DNA of 44,032 nucleotides from a virus (taxonomy: Duplodnaviria > Caudoviricetes), in IMG/VR virus record IMGVR_UViG_3300020045_004669, positions 1-44,032 of that record; one strand, written 5' to 3'. The stretch's first letter is position 1. Each line of letters begins with the position of its first letter. Positions 43,613 through 44,032 of this stretch are shown here, in pieces. Position numbers and translations under genes: made by a program. Under the pieces are notes generated by a model. That model saw only the letters and a program-made list of their open reading frames with translations, did no database searches and was not told the origin of the DNA.

Positions 43613-44032
43613 TGGCAAAAAAAGAAAATTCAAACTATGCAAAAATACCACCTCAAGCATTAGATATTGAAGAAGCCGTTTTGGGCGCATTAATGATTGA
43701 AAGCGAAGCAATTAACAGGGTAGACCTTAATCCTAATGACTTTTATAAAATTGCACATGAGCGTATTTTTTTAGCAATTAAAAATTTACATAATCGTCAA
43801 AATCCAATTGACAGACTTACGGTTGTAGAAGAGTTGACAAAAATGGATGCCTTGGAAGAAGTCGGAGGCGCTTATGCAATTGTAATGCTTGCAATGAAAA
43901 TGTCGAGTGCTGCAAATTTAGAATATCATTCAATGATTATTAAGCAAAAATCAATAGCTAGAAAATTAATTGCTTTGAGTTCCGAAGTGCAAACAATGGC
44001 TTATGATTCAGGAACCGATGTTAGTGATATTA
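43612..44032 (+). CDS. dnaB: DnaB helicase, second copy truncated by the window end
   Basis: Aligns to 4177-4597 with scattered third-position changes; last 121 nt identical. Confidence 0.92.
   Translation, partial: MAKKENSNYAKIPPQALDIEEAVLGALMIESEAINRVDLNPNDFYKIAHERIFLAIKNLHNRQNPIDRLTVVEELTKMDALEEVGGAYAIVMLAMKMSSAANLEYHSMIIKQKSIARKLIALSSEVQTMAYDSGTDVSDI

Larger units (their letters stand above)
40794..44032 (+). repeat. Imperfect, interrupted direct repeat of 1583-4597
   Basis: Shared blocks: ~40794-40992, ~41345-42019, 42661-42935 and 43612-44032. Confidence 0.95.

Noticed and set aside
40794-44032. True direct terminal repeat of a linear genome
   Set aside because: Terminal repeats are regenerated each cycle and should be identical; these are diverged and interrupted by unrelated genes.
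1-44032. CRISPR array or cas genes
   Set aside because: No regularly spaced repeats with unique spacers and no Cas motifs seen.
1-44032. Stop-codon reassignment
   Set aside because: Core genes are full length in the standard code; the breaks seen (near 6875 and 9970) are frameshifts, not in-frame stops.

Overview
AT-rich, gene-dense sequence of a tailed (siphovirus-like) phage of a Bacteroidota host. The host inference rests on TAnnTTTG promoters, A-rich leaders without Shine-Dalgarno motifs, and DUF3127-like and DUF4494-like genes. Plus-strand arms (1-14.1 kb and 37.5-44 kb) carry recombination, replication, DNA methyltransferase and small accessory genes. The minus strand (14.1-37.3 kb) carries terminase, HK97-type portal/protease/capsid, tail and lysis genes, interrupted by a plus-strand regulatory island between terminase and portal. 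No integrase, CRISPR array or reverse transcriptase is visible. The two ends are different alleles of one recombination/replication module: shared blocks (NinG, initiator C-terminus, DnaB) alternate with non-homologous replacements. The last 121 nt are identical to 4477-4597, suggesting a ~39.4 kb unit genome plus a co-assembled variant arm. The most notable unannotated signals are: (i) a tRNA-shaped ncRNA with an elongated anticodon arm and its own promoter and terminator, inside the lysis cassette; (ii) integron-like attC cassettes without an integrase; (iii) two palindromic boxes at fixed distances upstream of two promoter classes; (iv) a 16-aa peptide / 4-TM protein / small protein unit directly upstream of the lysis genes. 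All family assignments are by motif recognition, not database search.
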